A stretch of DNA of 64,000 nt, from NCBI RefSeq assembly GCF_009914755.1, contig NC_060942.1, one strand, 5' to 3'. Positions 62,300 to 64,000 of the stretch are shown here, piece by piece. Position 1 is the first letter of the stretch, and every line of letters starts with the position of its first letter. A program made the translations under genes and the position numbers. The notes under the pieces are model-generated. The model worked only from the letters and a program-made list of their open reading frames with translations. It had not been told where the DNA came from and did no database searches. This stretch comes from the human T2T-CHM13v2.0 reference genome, Homo sapiens.

Positions 62300-62450
62300 C
62301 CAGCCCCACCTTTGCATTCAGCTGTGGGACACTGGGCATTTGCTCTTCCCCTCCTGAGTCTCAGTTTCCTCATCTACAACCTGTGGGTCATGACAGCATC
62401 TGCTTCATAGAGTCGTAAAGGACATTCGGTGAAATAATGCATGTGGTCCC
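62300..62450. mobile_element. MIR fragment
   Basis: ctgagtctcagtttcctcatct core. Confidence 0.65.
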
Positions 62451-63535
62451 ATCATCGGTCCACTAGTTTCGATGGCTCTGTTGTGACCATCGCGGCACTA
62501 GAGGTTGTGTGTGGGTTTTGAGCTGCACTTGTTAGAGAACCATCTGTTTGAGGAGAGAACCAACTGATTGGTTTGTATTTTATAGTTTAAAAAATACTAG
62601 ACTCCCGTAATTAAAGCATTTTAATAAATTGGATCATTGCCTTTTCTTTGAATCCAAAGACAGAGTTTTCAATTAATCACAAACTAAGCTATCTAGCTCT
62701 TGTCTTTCAACATGTGTGGAACAGACGAGGTTGCCCTGAGGCTTAATTCCAGTCCCATAGGTTTGTGGCCAGTGGAGGAGGCCATGGCCATGTATACAGG
62801 CACATGCTTGTTGAGCATAGGAGGTTGATGTCCTCTCCTGTTGAGGTCCCTAACCAGCGATGACTTCCTCCTACCATTTGCTCAGTAGAAATCACAAAAG
62901 AAACACGAAGACCCTGCCTCTGATTTCTAAGTATTTCTGATTTAGGAGCAGCAAAGAAAGAGTTAAAATGAAAGAAAGCAAAAGGGACTAATTCGGTCCA
63001 TAGACTGAAACTGAAATGAAACACATCGCTGCATCAAGTAATTTGGCCTTGAATTTGCCAAAGTTTAACGAGGAGAAATAAACACTTACACACCTGCTCA
63101 TAGAAGTGACTATTTGGAGCAAAGTCCAGCGCTCCTCCGAGATGCATTGCTGGTGATACAGCTGCGGTGGGTGAGATGCTTGAACAGTTTTGCTAGTTTA
63201 AAAGTTACAGTCTCTAACTTTGTACTTTTCTAGTTCCATGACTTGAAGCATACTTCCTATAATGCATTTCACATATATCACAAAATTATTACTATGGAAG
63301 GTAATGACAGGTCTTGGAAAAGTTATGAACAAAATTATTATGGGGAGTGAAGGTTAACACTTAAAGCAGATGTAGTATCCATTTTTGATCTCATGAAAAT
63401 ATACATAAAATTAGCTTAGGATGTATTTTAAAATGCTGGATTCCTTTTGTGTTGTAATCAATGAATTTCCTTCCTTCTTCTTCTCCCTTACCGCCTCCTC
63501 CTCCTCCTCCTCCTCCTCCTCTTCTTCTTTTCTAG

Positions 63536-63853
63536 ACTGCACAGACAGTTCTGGTGGTGGTTGTGGTGTTTGGAATCTCCTGGCTGCCGCACCACATCAT
63601 CCATCTCTGGGCTGAGTTTGGAGTTTTCCCGCTGACGCCGGCTTCCTTCCTCTTCAGAATCACCGCCCACTGCCTGGCGTACAGCAATTCCTCCGTGAAT
63701 CCTATCATTTATGCATTTCTCTCTGAAAATTTCAGGAAGGCCTATAAACAAGTGTTCAAGTGTCACATTCGCAAAGATTCACACCTGAGTGATACTAAAG
63801 AAAATAAAAGTCGAATAGACACCCCACCATCAACCAATTGTACTCATGTGTGA
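63536..63853 (+). CDS. GALR1: GALR1 coding exon 3 (aa 245-349, TM6, TM7, C-tail, TGA)
   Basis: Long pyrimidine tract, then tctag|ACT; TAQTVLVVVVVFGISWLPHH...NPIIY...STNCTHV*; total CDS 666+66+318=1050 nt. Confidence 0.99.
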   Translation, partial: TAQTVLVVVVVFGISWLPHHIIHLWAEFGVFPLTPASFLFRITAHCLAYSNSSVNPIIYAFLSENFRKAYKQVFKCHIRKDSHLSDTKENKSRIDTPPSTNCTHV

Positions 63854-64000
63854 TAAAAGATAGAGTATCCTTATGGTTGAGTTTCCATATAAGTGGACCA
63901 GACACAGAAACAAACAGAATGAGCTAGTAAGCGATGCTGCAACTTGTTATCTTAACAAGAATTCAAGTCGTTTTAATTAAATCCCACGTGTGTTAAAAAG
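63854..64000 (+). other. GALR1: Start of the GALR1 3' UTR
   Basis: Follows the stop codon; ATTAAA at 63976-63981 is a possible but unproven poly(A) signal. Confidence 0.75.

Overview
Human (or very close great-ape) genomic DNA, most consistent with the 18q23 GALR1 locus. The first ~42 kb is repeat-rich intergenic sequence (Alu, old L1/L2/MIR, THE1/MST/MER21/LTR14C-like LTRs) with no credible protein gene. A CpG island at ~42.5-45.0 kb carries the promoter and exon 1 of GALR1 (galanin receptor 1). The complete 3-exon CDS (43685-44350, 50890-50955, 63536-63853; 349 aa) is on the + strand. The most unusual structure is a pair of very long, mutually reverse-complementary trinucleotide arrays flanking the 66-nt in-frame exon 2: ~1.8 kb (CAC/CAT)n in intron 1, apparently grown from an Alu tail, and ~1.5 kb (GGT/GAT)n in intron 2. 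An inverted Alu pair is nested outside them. Repeat family names are recognised by eye, and repeat boundaries are approximate unless a TSD is quoted.
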